Both the position numbers and the translations under genes were made by a program. This document shows positions 20,858-29,299 of a DNA stretch of 64,000 nucleotides, in pieces. A model generated the notes under the pieces. It made no database searches and was not told the DNA's origin. It saw nothing but the letters and a program-made list of their open reading frames with translations. Location of the stretch: NCBI GenBank assembly GCA_027491415.1, contig JAOZFH010000050.1, positions 22,778 through 86,777 on the forward strand, written 5' to 3'. The first letter of the stretch is position 1. Each line of letters opens with the position of its first letter. Source of the DNA: Thermoproteota archaeon (lineage in GTDB: Archaea > Korarchaeota > Korarchaeia > Korarchaeales > Korarchaeaceae).

Positions 20858-20881
20858 GCCCTCGAGTTCGGGGAGGTCTCA

Positions 20882-21361
20882 ATGCGGTCGAGCTGGCGTA
20901 TCCCCCTCGAGCTCCTCGCGGGAGCGGCTGCGGCGATCCCGATAACCCTGACAGGGAGAGTCCCTGACCATGCACCCTTAGACCTGGGCTTCGTAGTGAA
21001 GCTGCTATTAGCGTGGCTCTCAACAATGATGCTCCCATCTGCCGCAATCTCGGCGCTCTCGCTCGTCCTAGGGGGAGAGAGAATAAGGGAGAAATGCGGG
21101 GGGCTGCCAGCCGGAGGGAGGATAATCGGCTACCTCGAGAGGAGCGTCATCTTCTCTGTGTTCTTGATTTCCAAGATCGAGGACATCCCGCTGAAGGACG
21201 TGATGAACGTCTTGGGCCTGCTGGTGGCCGGAAAGGCCATCTTCCGGTTCTCCAGAGCGGAGGAGAGGGTGTGCGCCGACTGGCACATCATCGGAACCTT
21301 CTCGAGCCTCCTCGCCGGAACCGTGATGAGCTGGCTGCTCCTGTCTCCGCTGGTGGGATGA
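20882..21361 (+). CDS. DUF3307/SatE-like membrane protein
   Basis: GRIIGYLERSVIF...LLVAGKAIFRF...ADWHIIGTFSSLL matches the conserved C-terminal pattern of SatD-associated DUF3307 proteins. Confidence 0.7.
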   Translation: MRSSWRIPLELLAGAAAAIPITLTGRVPDHAPLDLGFVVKLLLAWLSTMMLPSAAISALSLVLGGERIREKCGGLPAGGRIIGYLERSVIFSVFLISKIEDIPLKDVMNVLGLLVAGKAIFRFSRAEERVCADWHIIGTFSSLLAGTVMSWLLLSPLVG

Positions 21362-22026
21362 TGCCGGTGGCGGTCGTGGTGGACCTGTCTGGCTCCAGAA
21401 AGATGGAGGTCCGGAAGAAGGTGAGGCTCTACGGTGAGATAGGGAGGCTGCTGGGGGAGTCCCATAGTAGGTTCCGGAGGGAGTGCCTAGTCAGACCGGC
21501 TCTTACGGCGGGGGACAGCGTGGAGTTCTTGGTGAACTGGTGGCGACCGCCGACGTTCTTTCTCCACGCCCTAAAGGTCTCAGTCCCAGACGTAGAGTTT
21601 CGAGTCGGCGTCGGAGCGGGGGAGGTTCACGTGCTAGGAGAGAGCGCAGACGAGTGCGACGGACCGGCGTTTTGGAGGGCCCGCGAGGCTCTCGAGGATC
21701 TAAAGTTGATCAGGGGTGTGGGGAGGGAGTCTATAGCAGACCTCAAGGTGGACCCCTCTGCCGGCCCTTCCGACGTCCACTTGGCGGGGGTGATATCTCT
21801 GACGGTCGGCCTCCTGGCCAACATGTCCGAGAGGAAGCTGGCCTACTGTTACCATCACGCCTGGCTCGGCGAGAAGATGAGCGACATAGCCAGGGAGTTT
21901 GGGGTGACGAGGGGAAACGTCAGCAAAGTGCTCAGGGGGACCGACTGCCGCTTGCTGGTGAGGCTCGCCGCCCTCGGCCCCGTTGAACGCCCGCAGTCAA
22001 GCGCCCGGCGGACGCTACGCCGATAA
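21358..22026 (+). CDS. satD: SatD family protein with C-terminal HTH
   Basis: VVVDLSGSR, TAGDSVEF, FRVGVGAGEV, DGPAFWRAREAL, HTH MSDIAREFGVTRGNVSKVL; ATGA overlap with the upstream gene. Confidence 0.8.
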   Translation: MMPVAVVVDLSGSRKMEVRKKVRLYGEIGRLLGESHSRFRRECLVRPALTAGDSVEFLVNWWRPPTFFLHALKVSVPDVEFRVGVGAGEVHVLGESADECDGPAFWRAREALEDLKLIRGVGRESIADLKVDPSAGPSDVHLAGVISLTVGLLANMSERKLAYCYHHAWLGEKMSDIAREFGVTRGNVSKVLRGTDCRLLVRLAALGPVERPQSSARRTLRR

Positions 22027-22299
22027 TCGCGTCGGCGTAAATTTCCCCCAAAACGGCTTGATGCTTTTCTTTGGAAGATCAGATCGATCCCGTGCCCACG
22101 GAACCTCCCTAGAGGTAAGCCTGACCCCCGGCCGGATATACCACCCGAACGGTGGCTATGTGGGGGCAGAGCACCAGCGGCGCTTCACCTTGATGACCCC
22201 ATGCAGAGAGTCCGTTAACGTTGGCTCCGTGATCTTCATGGCGAGCTCATAGCCCCTCCGGTATCTGCAGTTGGAATCTAGAGTAGGAAAAAGTTAAAT

Positions 22300-22318
22300 T
22301 ACATTTTGAGAAAATGTA
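22300..22318 (+). promoter_or_regulatory. operator palindrome of the AbrB-VapC operon
   Basis: TACATTTT-GAG-AAAATGTA between a TTAAAT box and the start codon. Confidence 0.65.
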
Positions 22319-22334
22319 GCCCGGAGCGATCGGA

Positions 22335-22589
22335 ATGATAGTGAGGAGGAGGGTGGGCCCGAAGGGGCAGATAGTCATTCCCAAGATAATCAGGGAGTTC
22401 CTCGGGATGGAGCCCGGAACAGAGGTCCTTCTGGAGGTCCAGGAGGACAGGCTCATAATCAGACCCAGCATGGATCCGGCTGACTTCGTCAACGAGTTCT
22501 GCTCGCAGGTGAAGGAGAAGCTGACTGGAGAGGTGAATCTGGAGAGGATCTTGGAGGAGGAGGTGGAGGAGAGGGTTGCTCTACGTTGA
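22335..22589 (+). CDS. vapB: AbrB/MazE/SpoVT antitoxin
   Basis: RRVGPKGQIVIPKIIREFLGMEPGTEV. Confidence 0.92.
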   Translation: MIVRRRVGPKGQIVIPKIIREFLGMEPGTEVLLEVQEDRLIIRPSMDPADFVNEFCSQVKEKLTGEVNLERILEEEVEERVALR

Positions 22590-22980
22590 CTCCAACGTGT
22601 TCATCTACCCCGCGATCTACGACCCAGGAGATGAGCGGGCTAAGAGGTCGAGGGACCTCCTGCTGAAGATAGCTTCGGGCGAGGTGGAAGCTAGCACCTC
22701 GCTCCTCACGTGGGATGAGGTAGTCTGGGTCGTTAGGAAGCTGGCTGGCGTCGAGGCCTCCGTAAGGCAGGGCGCTCTCCTGCTCAAGTTCCCACACCTC
22801 AGGTTCCTCTCCTTGACGGAGTCTACGGTATTGAGGGCGCAGATGATCATGGAGGAGTACGGGCTCAAGCCCAGAGACTCGCTGCATGCGGCGTCAGCCC
22901 TGGAGAGCGGGATTAGGATCGTAGCGAGCTACGACGAGGACTTTGATAGGATAAGGGGCATAGAGAGGGTGGAGCCCTAG
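22576..22980 (+). CDS. vapC: PIN-domain toxin
   Basis: YVDSNVF, TWDEV, PRDSLHAASA, SYDEDFD. Confidence 0.93.
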   Translation: MLYVDSNVFIYPAIYDPGDERAKRSRDLLLKIASGEVEASTSLLTWDEVVWVVRKLAGVEASVRQGALLLKFPHLRFLSLTESTVLRAQMIMEEYGLKPRDSLHAASALESGIRIVASYDEDFDRIRGIERVEP

Positions 22981-23051
22981 CCCACGCCCAGCCACGATCC
23001 GGTCGGGGAGAGTCGGGCCTCTCCCCATCGCCGGCTCCGACGCGGTCGGGG

Positions 23052-23486
23052 CTAGCTCTCCATGACCCTGATCAGGCCCCTCACCGCGTCTTCAATGCCC
23101 TCCCCCAGGCCCTCGATTAGACCCAGCGCCCGGGCGGCCTCGACCACCTCCCTGCAGTGCCTCCGGCCGTCTCTCCCCGGGCAGAGGGGCTCCATCCCGA
23201 AGATCACCCTGAGGCCCCTCCCAGGAACGTAGATCGCGTAGATCCTGAGCGCCAGCTGCCTGCTCCTCATCACGGCGAGTCCCCTCACCGCATCCATCCT
23301 GATAAGGTCGGCATTCAGGGACTCGGTCATCTCGACGAACCAGGCCGCCAACCTCGCCCTGGCGTCCCTCACAGCCTTGTTGACGGCCTGCCTCGAGGTC
23401 CCCAGCTCCCTGGCGGCGTCGGCCTCGCTGAGCCCCCTGGCCGTAAGGAGCCAAGCCTGCTCCATCCTCTCAGGAAGTCTCGGCAT
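23052..23486 (-). CDS. HTH DNA-binding protein (sigma-70 region 4-like)
   Basis: GLSEADAARELGTSRQAVNKAVRDARARL; overlaps the upstream gene. Confidence 0.75.
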   Translation of the reverse strand: MPRLPERMEQAWLLTARGLSEADAARELGTSRQAVNKAVRDARARLAAWFVEMTESLNADLIRMDAVRGLAVMRSRQLALRIYAIYVPGRGLRVIFGMEPLCPGRDGRRHCREVVEAARALGLIEGLGEGIEDAVRGLIRVMES

Positions 23487-24294
23487 TTGCGACGGCCTCC
23501 GATAAGGCTTCTCTGAGCTTAAGGGCGTCAACTTCAGTGAGAGCCAAGACGTACAGGGTTTCGCCGTCGGAGAACCTCAGCTTGAAGGCCGAGTGCGCCG
23601 GAACTCTCCTTCCGCTAAGTAACAGCCCTGCCACGCCTAGGGCGCCGAGGCACGCCGGCACGATTGGGAACTCGCCCGAGTAAGATTGTGGGGGCACTCT
23701 GGCGATGAAGGACGACGCCGCAACGGCTACCGAGCTCAGGCACGCGGCGAGGCGCAGTCTGTGGCCAAGTCCCCTCACCCTGCCGAGAGCGGGAGAGGCC
23801 AGGAGCGTGAGCGAGGTAGAGCTGAGCGAGACCGCCGCAAGGACCGCGGCTGGAAGGGCCAGCGGGCTGGGCCACGACTTCGAGAAGCCCCACCAGAACA
23901 CGATCGTCTCTGCCGCCAGCTCGCCGAGCGTAATGGCGGTGAGCCCAGGTATCCTCCTAAGAGCAAAGTAGCCCTTAGTTGACGTGATCTCAACAAGCTC
24001 CACTACGTCGGCGAGCCTGAGCCTGCGCTCTGGGGATATCCTCCTCCTGAGCACTAGCTCGCCGTTCGAGACCTCCACCATGGCGGCGCTCAGCGCGATG
24101 GCGGCCATACCAAGCGTCATGCCGGCGGCTAGAACCCCGTATATCTTGAGGAGACTGCTTGCTCTCGTCATAGAGGCTACAAGCGCGTATACAACGCTCC
24201 CGGAGAGGGCGGCCCACCCCACCGCAGCTAGCGGTAGCCTAAGGCCAGACCATGGGGCTGCAGACAGGCCGCCGTCACACCTCACTCTCGGCAC
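23470..24294 (-). CDS. membrane protein, paralogue B
   Basis: Multiple TM; RLRLADVVELVE..GYFALRRIPG..W..PLALPA..RFSDGETLYV..LREAL. Confidence 0.65.
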   Translation of the reverse strand: MPRVRCDGGLSAAPWSGLRLPLAAVGWAALSGSVVYALVASMTRASSLLKIYGVLAAGMTLGMAAIALSAAMVEVSNGELVLRRRISPERRLRLADVVELVEITSTKGYFALRRIPGLTAITLGELAAETIVFWWGFSKSWPSPLALPAAVLAAVSLSSTSLTLLASPALGRVRGLGHRLRLAACLSSVAVAASSFIARVPPQSYSGEFPIVPACLGALGVAGLLLSGRRVPAHSAFKLRFSDGETLYVLALTEVDALKLREALSEAVANAETS

Positions 24295-25084
24295 CTCCTA
24301 GCGCTCTAACGAGGGCATCCCTCAGTTCTGAGACAGTCTCTCCCCTCATGACTATCACGTACACGCTCCCGTCGGCCAGCCTGATCAGCAGGAGGTCCCT
24401 CATCCTCCTTGGAGCGATCGCAAAGGCCGCCGAGAAGAGCAGCCCGGCGCATCCGAGCACTACCAGAATCTTGTCCACGCCAGCTGGCGCATCGGCGGAT
24501 GCGAGCAAGGCAATTAGCCCCGCCGAAATGCCCAGAGCGTGTCTGAAGTCAAGCCTCCTGCCCCCGCTTGGAGAGATCAAGGTGATCAGCATTGCGTACT
24601 GCAGCGAGAGCGCCCCAGCTAGAGAGGCTGGCAGGGTGAGTGGAGAGGCCCACACCTGCGCCAGCGACCACCACAGGGCTGCCCAGCCAGACAAAGTCGA
24701 TACGGCTGTGGATAGCGCCAGACCAGGCAGTCTCCGCGCGAGGACGAACCCCGACAGCTCTCCCACGTCCGCAAGCTCCACAACGTCGGGGAGCCTGACG
24801 ACCCTCTTGAGCAGGCCGTAGCTCAGGATCAGCGACTGACCTGAGACCTTAGCCTCCTTACCGCCCGCGGCCAGGAGAAGGGCCGCTCCCACCGCTATCA
24901 GGATGCCGGATGTCAGGGCAACGTCACTTCTCTTGACGACCCAGGACGCAAAGCCCAGCGGTATTGCCGCGCTGATCGAGCACATTGCCGCGGAGACCAG
25001 CGCCAGGGGCAAGCCAGACCAGGGGGCTGGCCACGCCGGTGGGCAGCGGGCGGACGCCCTCACCCGCGTCGTCACCTCTGTCAA
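24275..25084 (-). CDS. membrane protein, paralogue A
   Basis: VRLPDVVELADV..GFVLARRLPG..WASPLTLPA..RLADGSVYV..LRDAL; probable TTG start at 25084 after a TTATATT box. Confidence 0.65.
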   Translation of the reverse strand: MTEVTTRVRASARCPPAWPAPWSGLPLALVSAAMCSISAAIPLGFASWVVKRSDVALTSGILIAVGAALLLAAGGKEAKVSGQSLILSYGLLKRVVRLPDVVELADVGELSGFVLARRLPGLALSTAVSTLSGWAALWWSLAQVWASPLTLPASLAGALSLQYAMLITLISPSGGRRLDFRHALGISAGLIALLASADAPAGVDKILVVLGCAGLLFSAAFAIAPRRMRDLLLIRLADGSVYVIVMRGETVSELRDALVRALGGAESEV

Positions 25085-25187
25085 CCTAAGTAAGCTTACA
25101 TAATATAACCCCTTCCTAGGCCGGGCCCTCCTCCTGAAACGAGCCTCGTACGCGCTTGCAGCCCGCGCCCGGCCGTGTGAGCCCGGT

Positions 25188-25628
25188 TCATCGCCCGGAT
25201 CTCCGTCCACCTGCTGATCCAGCTGCCCGCACGAACTCATCCAGGGGTATGAGGCCAAGGCCGAACTGTGACATCCTCTCGAAATGCCTCAGGTTTCCCG
25301 TGACCAGGCCGACCCCGAGCTCAATGGCGCTAGCCCCGACTATGAGGTCGCGGAACTCCAGCCTCTCCCCGCGCCTGGTGAGCTCCAGGTCAACCATGAG
25401 GGCCCTCCTCAGGATCGTCTGGGAGATCGGGACGACCTCGTACACCCGCTCGAGGGCCCCCTTCTCCTCGTCTAAATCCCTCCCCAGGTAGGCTAGACCG
25501 AAGAGATACTCGTATAGGGTTATCTGGGAGATTAGGCACCTATACCTGTCCAAGACGGTAGACAGGGTCTCAGGCCTCCTGTGCAGCTCAATGAGGGCGT
25601 CCGTGTCTAGTAGGACCTCCTCCACCAC
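25188..25628 (-). CDS. vapC: PIN-domain toxin
   Basis: LLDTDALI, ITLYEY, FRDLIVGASA, VTGNLRHF. Confidence 0.92.
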   Translation of the reverse strand: MVEEVLLDTDALIELHRRPETLSTVLDRYRCLISQITLYEYLFGLAYLGRDLDEEKGALERVYEVVPISQTILRRALMVDLELTRRGERLEFRDLIVGASAIELGVGLVTGNLRHFERMSQFGLGLIPLDEFVRAAGSAGGRRSGR

Positions 25629-25840
25629 GACCCCCTCCTCTCCCGCACCACCTCCCTGAGCTTCTCCGCCTCGCGATCGCGGAGCATGAGCCTGTCCACG
25701 AGCTCCCTCGCTTTTGAGGTCCTGTGCTCCTCCACAAGCTTGACTATCACTTCCTCGTAGGTTCTAAGGCCGAGCTCCTCCTTCATCCTCTTCAGCATCG
25801 CGAGGGTCTCGCGGGAGATCGTGAGGGTGGTCCTGCCCAT
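25607..25840 (-). CDS. vapB: RHH-type antitoxin
   Basis: MGRTTLTISRETLAMLKRMKEELGLRTYEEVIVKL; overlaps vapC; GTATT-N8-AATAC palindrome upstream at 25872-25889. Confidence 0.85.
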   Translation of the reverse strand: MGRTTLTISRETLAMLKRMKEELGLRTYEEVIVKLVEEHRTSKARELVDRLMLRDREAEKLREVVRERRGSWWRRSY

Positions 25841-26032
25841 CCGGGCGGGGGATGAGGGCATGCACTATTAAGTATTGTGAATGTAATACGGAGCCGGCCG
25901 GGGCGGTTGCCCTGCCCTCGCCGTCCTGACGTCTGACCGAGGGCCCGTGGCCCACCCCGCGGAACCCAAGGAGAAAAACCCTTAAGTTCTGGTTTATGCT
26001 CCTCAGCCAAAGGAGCGGAGGCCCAGACGGAG

Positions 26033-26461
26033 ATGAGAGCCGGGGATCTTGTCAAGGGGGCAAGGGCAGGCGGCTTCTCAGGACTTATCCTGGGCGCCCT
26101 CTCCGTGCCCATCAACTACTACCTCCTCGCCGTGAAGTACAGGGGAGAGATCTCGGAAGCCCTCGGGAGGCCCTACTATCCCAGCTTGGAAGGGCTGTTC
26201 TTGATCGGAACTCTCACGGCTCTGATATTCGCGCTGTGCGGCGCCCTCTACGCCGTCTCCTACGAGAGGCTACCGCCTAGGAGCCCCTTCTGGAAGGCGT
26301 TCATATTCGGCTCCCTCGTTTTCGTGGGTTCCCGGGTCGGCGATCTGGTCGTAGACTACCCGCTCTCGCGCGGCCTGGTGCTCGAGAGCGCGACGTGGTC
26401 TGCCCCCATGTGCCTGCTCGTATGGCCCTACTTCACCAGCAGGCTATATCACCGGAATTAG
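26033..26461 (+). CDS. four-TM hypothetical protein
   Basis: Hydrophobic segments; YERLPPRSPFWKA loop. Confidence 0.65.
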   Translation: MRAGDLVKGARAGGFSGLILGALSVPINYYLLAVKYRGEISEALGRPYYPSLEGLFLIGTLTALIFALCGALYAVSYERLPPRSPFWKAFIFGSLVFVGSRVGDLVVDYPLSRGLVLESATWSAPMCLLVWPYFTSRLYHRN

Positions 26462-26514
26462 TCGAGCTAGTCCGCTCGACGGCAGAGAGCCTCCTGGGAG
26501 CTGAGTGCCTCTCA

Positions 26515-26574
26515 TCACCGTCGTGAAATCCCTATTTCGCGACGAAACGGCGGAACCTGGGTGAAAAAGCGGGG
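26515..26574 (+). repeat. imperfect direct repeat, copy 1
   Basis: TCACCGTCGTGAAA...GCGACGAAACGGCGGAACCTGGGTGAAAAAGCGGG, closely matching 29198-29256. Confidence 0.65.
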
Positions 26575-27230
26575 GCGAGGGGCCTCGAGGAGGCCCTCCT
26601 GGCCGCCAGGCTTGGGGACTCGGAGGCTCTGAAGAGGCTGCAGAACTCCTGAGGTCGGCGGCGGGGGAGCTCGAGGTCCTGGCCGAGGCTTGGAGAGGAA
26701 GCATTGTTACCCATACTGGGTAACATCTTCCCCGATATAACGGAGTCATAAAAGAGCCTACGGGAGATGATCCTATGTAGGCTCCTCCCCCCTCCTAGGG
26801 GAGGGGGGAAATCCATAAGTCCGCGTCGCCACGTAGGGCTCGGCATCCGAGCCTTGGAGGTCGAGGTCGACGGGGTTCGCTGAGGGAGAGGTGGGACGAG
26901 GTTAGGAGGGCCTTCCTAGAGAGGTTCGAAAGGGACATAACGGAGGAGGATCTCCTCAGGGAGGGGGAGAGGGAGAGGCTCCTGATCGAGGTCGAGGCCC
27001 GCCTGGACGAGCTGTCCATTGAAGGAAAAGATCTGCTCGTGTACGCCGCCGCTGAGGGAGAGGAGGAGGCGGGGAGGCTCTTCGTCTCGCTGAGGATCCC
27101 CGTGGCAGCGGTCTTGGCCGCGCTGGCGGCAGGGGGATTGAGTCCTACTCGGGCACAGGGCCAGGGAGCTGATCAGGCTGCCGAGGGAGCCAGCGGGGGA
27201 TTGGAGCTGACCTCCTCGCTTCAAGGCTAG
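26575..27230 (+). pseudogene. gene fragments interrupted by a hairpin cluster
   Basis: ARGLEEALLAARLGDSEALKR/AAELLRSAAGELEVLAEAW (frameshifted) and a start-less SLRERWDEVRRAFLERFERDITEEDLLRE... Confidence 0.45.
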
Positions 27231-27244
27231 CCTGCCTGCGCGTC

Positions 27245-28461
27245 TCACTTGGGCGAATTAGATCTGCTCCCTGCCTCAATCTTCGGGAGAGTCAGGCTCA
27301 CGGCCAGCGCCAGCGCCTCCAGCCCGGCGGAGGCGGCGAAGGCGCCCTCGAGCCCCAGGCCAGAAAGGAGTCCCGCTAGGGCTGGTCCCAACGCCCCGAA
27401 CGCCCTGGTGAAGGTTCCCTCTATGGCCACCGCCTTGCCCCTGTCCTCCTCCGGGAAGGCGTCCATCGTGTAGGCCAGCAGGCCGGGGGAGAAGAGTGGC
27501 GTCAGCGCGCCGGCCAGCAGGGCCGCGTAGAAGAGAACCGGGATCAGGGGGGCGAGCGCCAGGCAGGCGAAGACGGATGTAGCGACGACGTAGGTCGCGG
27601 AGTAGAGCCTCCTCCTGTCCACCCTGTCCGCCAGCGCCCCGCCGGCGAGGGACAGGGCGGCGCGGGCGGCGTACCCAGCGGAGTAGGCCGAGAACACCTG
27701 GCCAGCGGAGAGGCCGACGGACTCGCCGAGGAGGGGGACCAGAGGGTAGGAGCCGTAGGCCAGGGCGTCGAGGGACTTGATGACGCAGAACCTGGCCAGC
27801 AGCCCGCGGTTTGCCATGGAGCGGAGGTCGGACAGCGCGGAGGGGGGCTGAACCTGCCCGAGCCGGAGCCCGTCTTTGCGGATTCGTACCCTGGGAGCCT
27901 CAGGGCCGCCAGCCCGGCCAGGGCGAGGGGGGCGCCGGCCAGAGCGAAGGTCCACCGCAGCCCGAGCCTCGAGGCCACCAGGGCAGAGCCCGCGGTGCCC
28001 AAGGCCATGGCCGAGGAGAGCAGGAGGCCCCACACGCCGAAGGAGAGACCCCTCCCGCCGCTCAGCCTCGCCAGCATGGGGGCCGTCGGCACCCTGGCCA
28101 CAGACCCTGCGGCATAGGAGGCCAAGTAGAGGGCAGCGACGGCAGCGGCCCCCGAGGCCGCCCCGAGGGCCGCGGCGCCGAGGCCCGACGCTATCGCCCC
28201 GACGGCCATCTGAAGCGCTCCGCCCAGCCTGTCGGCCAGGACACCCGCTGGCACCCCTATCGCCATGCCCAGGAGCCTGGAGGCCGTGAGGAGCGCGCCG
28301 TAGGCCTCGGCAGAGGATCCGAGCTCCCTCAGGTAGAGGGGGAGCGACACGCCGACGACCGACCTGGAGAGGGCGTCGGCGAAGATGAGGGAGTACAGGG
28401 TGAGAAGCTCCGGCGTCAGGATCCCTCTGACCCTCGACTCATCTCTCTCAGGTCGAGCCAA
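27245..28461 (-). pseudogene. MFS transporter split by a 1-nt frameshift
   Basis: N-half (GVLADRLGG) and C-half (GALADRVDRR) are in different frames and join at the G6 run 27842-27847. Confidence 0.75.
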
Positions 28462-28736
28462 ATAACTCCCCTCTCGGAGAGCTTTAGGATCAGCCTCCAG
28501 GCGGCTCTAATCAATTCCTGCGGGGGGTCTTCGGATGTGAAGGCTTCCCCTAAAATATCCTTAAGGGTTCTAGGGCCGTCGGACAAGCTCAGTATCTTTA
28601 CAACGACTTCGCTCTTAGCCACCATGAACTTCCCGTTAGACTTGTTCAGGATTAGCGGGGGATCCGGTGGCTTGATTCTAATGATGGCATCAGGCGACCT
28701 ACTGGGCCTGATTTCGAGAATCTCCTTCACATCCAT
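28416..28736 (-). CDS. PqqD-family RiPP recognition element (peptide chaperone)
   Basis: 3 beta + 3 alpha pattern LILNKSNGKFMV...KILSLSDGPRTLKDIL...LILKLSERGVI; GAGGAGG SD. Confidence 0.65.
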   Translation of the reverse strand: MDVKEILEIRPSRSPDAIIRIKPPDPPLILNKSNGKFMVAKSEVVVKILSLSDGPRTLKDILGEAFTSEDPPQELIRAAWRLILKLSERGVIWLDLREMSRGSEGS

Positions 28737-28774
28737 CTCTCTAACCTCCTCTTAAGCGCGCGCTGATCGATGCA

Positions 28775-29053
28775 ATGGCCAAGCTGGAAGAGGAAGCTTC
28801 GTTTTATGACTGCTACAGGGAACTCCTCCGCTTGAGGGTGCCCATAATTGCTGTGGAGGGTAACAACGATTACACAGCCATAGAGAAAGGGGCTTACTTC
28901 TGGGAGAAATACTTCGGGCCGCTCTACGGCGTAGTTCAGGTTAGACTTCTTATTTGTGCTCTCGATTCTGATATGGGAAGGGTCTACCCAGATCAATTGG
29001 AATTGGGTGGGAGAAAACAATCCAGAATTACGATGGAATTTCAAAGATATTAA
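28775..29053 (+). pseudogene. metallophosphoesterase fragment
   Basis: VPIIAVEGNNDY...WEKYFGPLY...ALDSDMG; the N-terminal DxH/GD motifs are absent; lower GC. Confidence 0.55.
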
Positions 29054-29069
29054 TAGCCCACTACCCGTA

Positions 29070-29201
29070 TCACAGCGAAGCCCTGGATTCGAGTTCTGCT
29101 ACGTGATACTCCACAACCTTCCTTGATATGCCGAGTTCTGAAACAAGCTCGGCTAAGTAAGCTTCTCTTCTCATTAGGGACGAGACTACACGGAATCTCA
29201 C
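29070..29201 (-). pseudogene. ArsR-type wHTH fragment
   Basis: RFRVVSSLMRREAYLAELVSELGISRKVVEYHVAELE, truncated at both ends. Confidence 0.6.
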
Positions 29202-29256
29202 GGCGTGAAAGAGCCCTGCGACGAAACGCGCGAAACCTGGGTTAAAAATCGGGAGG
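29198..29256 (+). repeat. imperfect direct repeat, copy 2
   Basis: TCACGGCGTGAAA...GCGACGAAACGCGCGAAACCTGGGTTAAAAATCGGG. Confidence 0.65.
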
Positions 29257-29299
29257 GGGGCCAAGTGGCCCCACGAGGGTCTCTTGCACGGATCCGCGT

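Noticed and set aside
21013-21357. N-terminal extension of SatD in the ORF track
   Set aside because: Overlaps the DUF3307 gene; family similarity starts at ATG 21358
26760-26830. Fluoride (crcB) riboswitch suggested by GGAGATG
   Set aside because: Lacks the downstream AAxC and GCTGATGAC pseudoknot elements, and no fluoride gene follows
26515-29256. Integron attC interpretation of the direct repeats
   Set aside because: No paired RYYYAAC/GTTRRRY core sites and no integrase; kept only as generic att-like repeats
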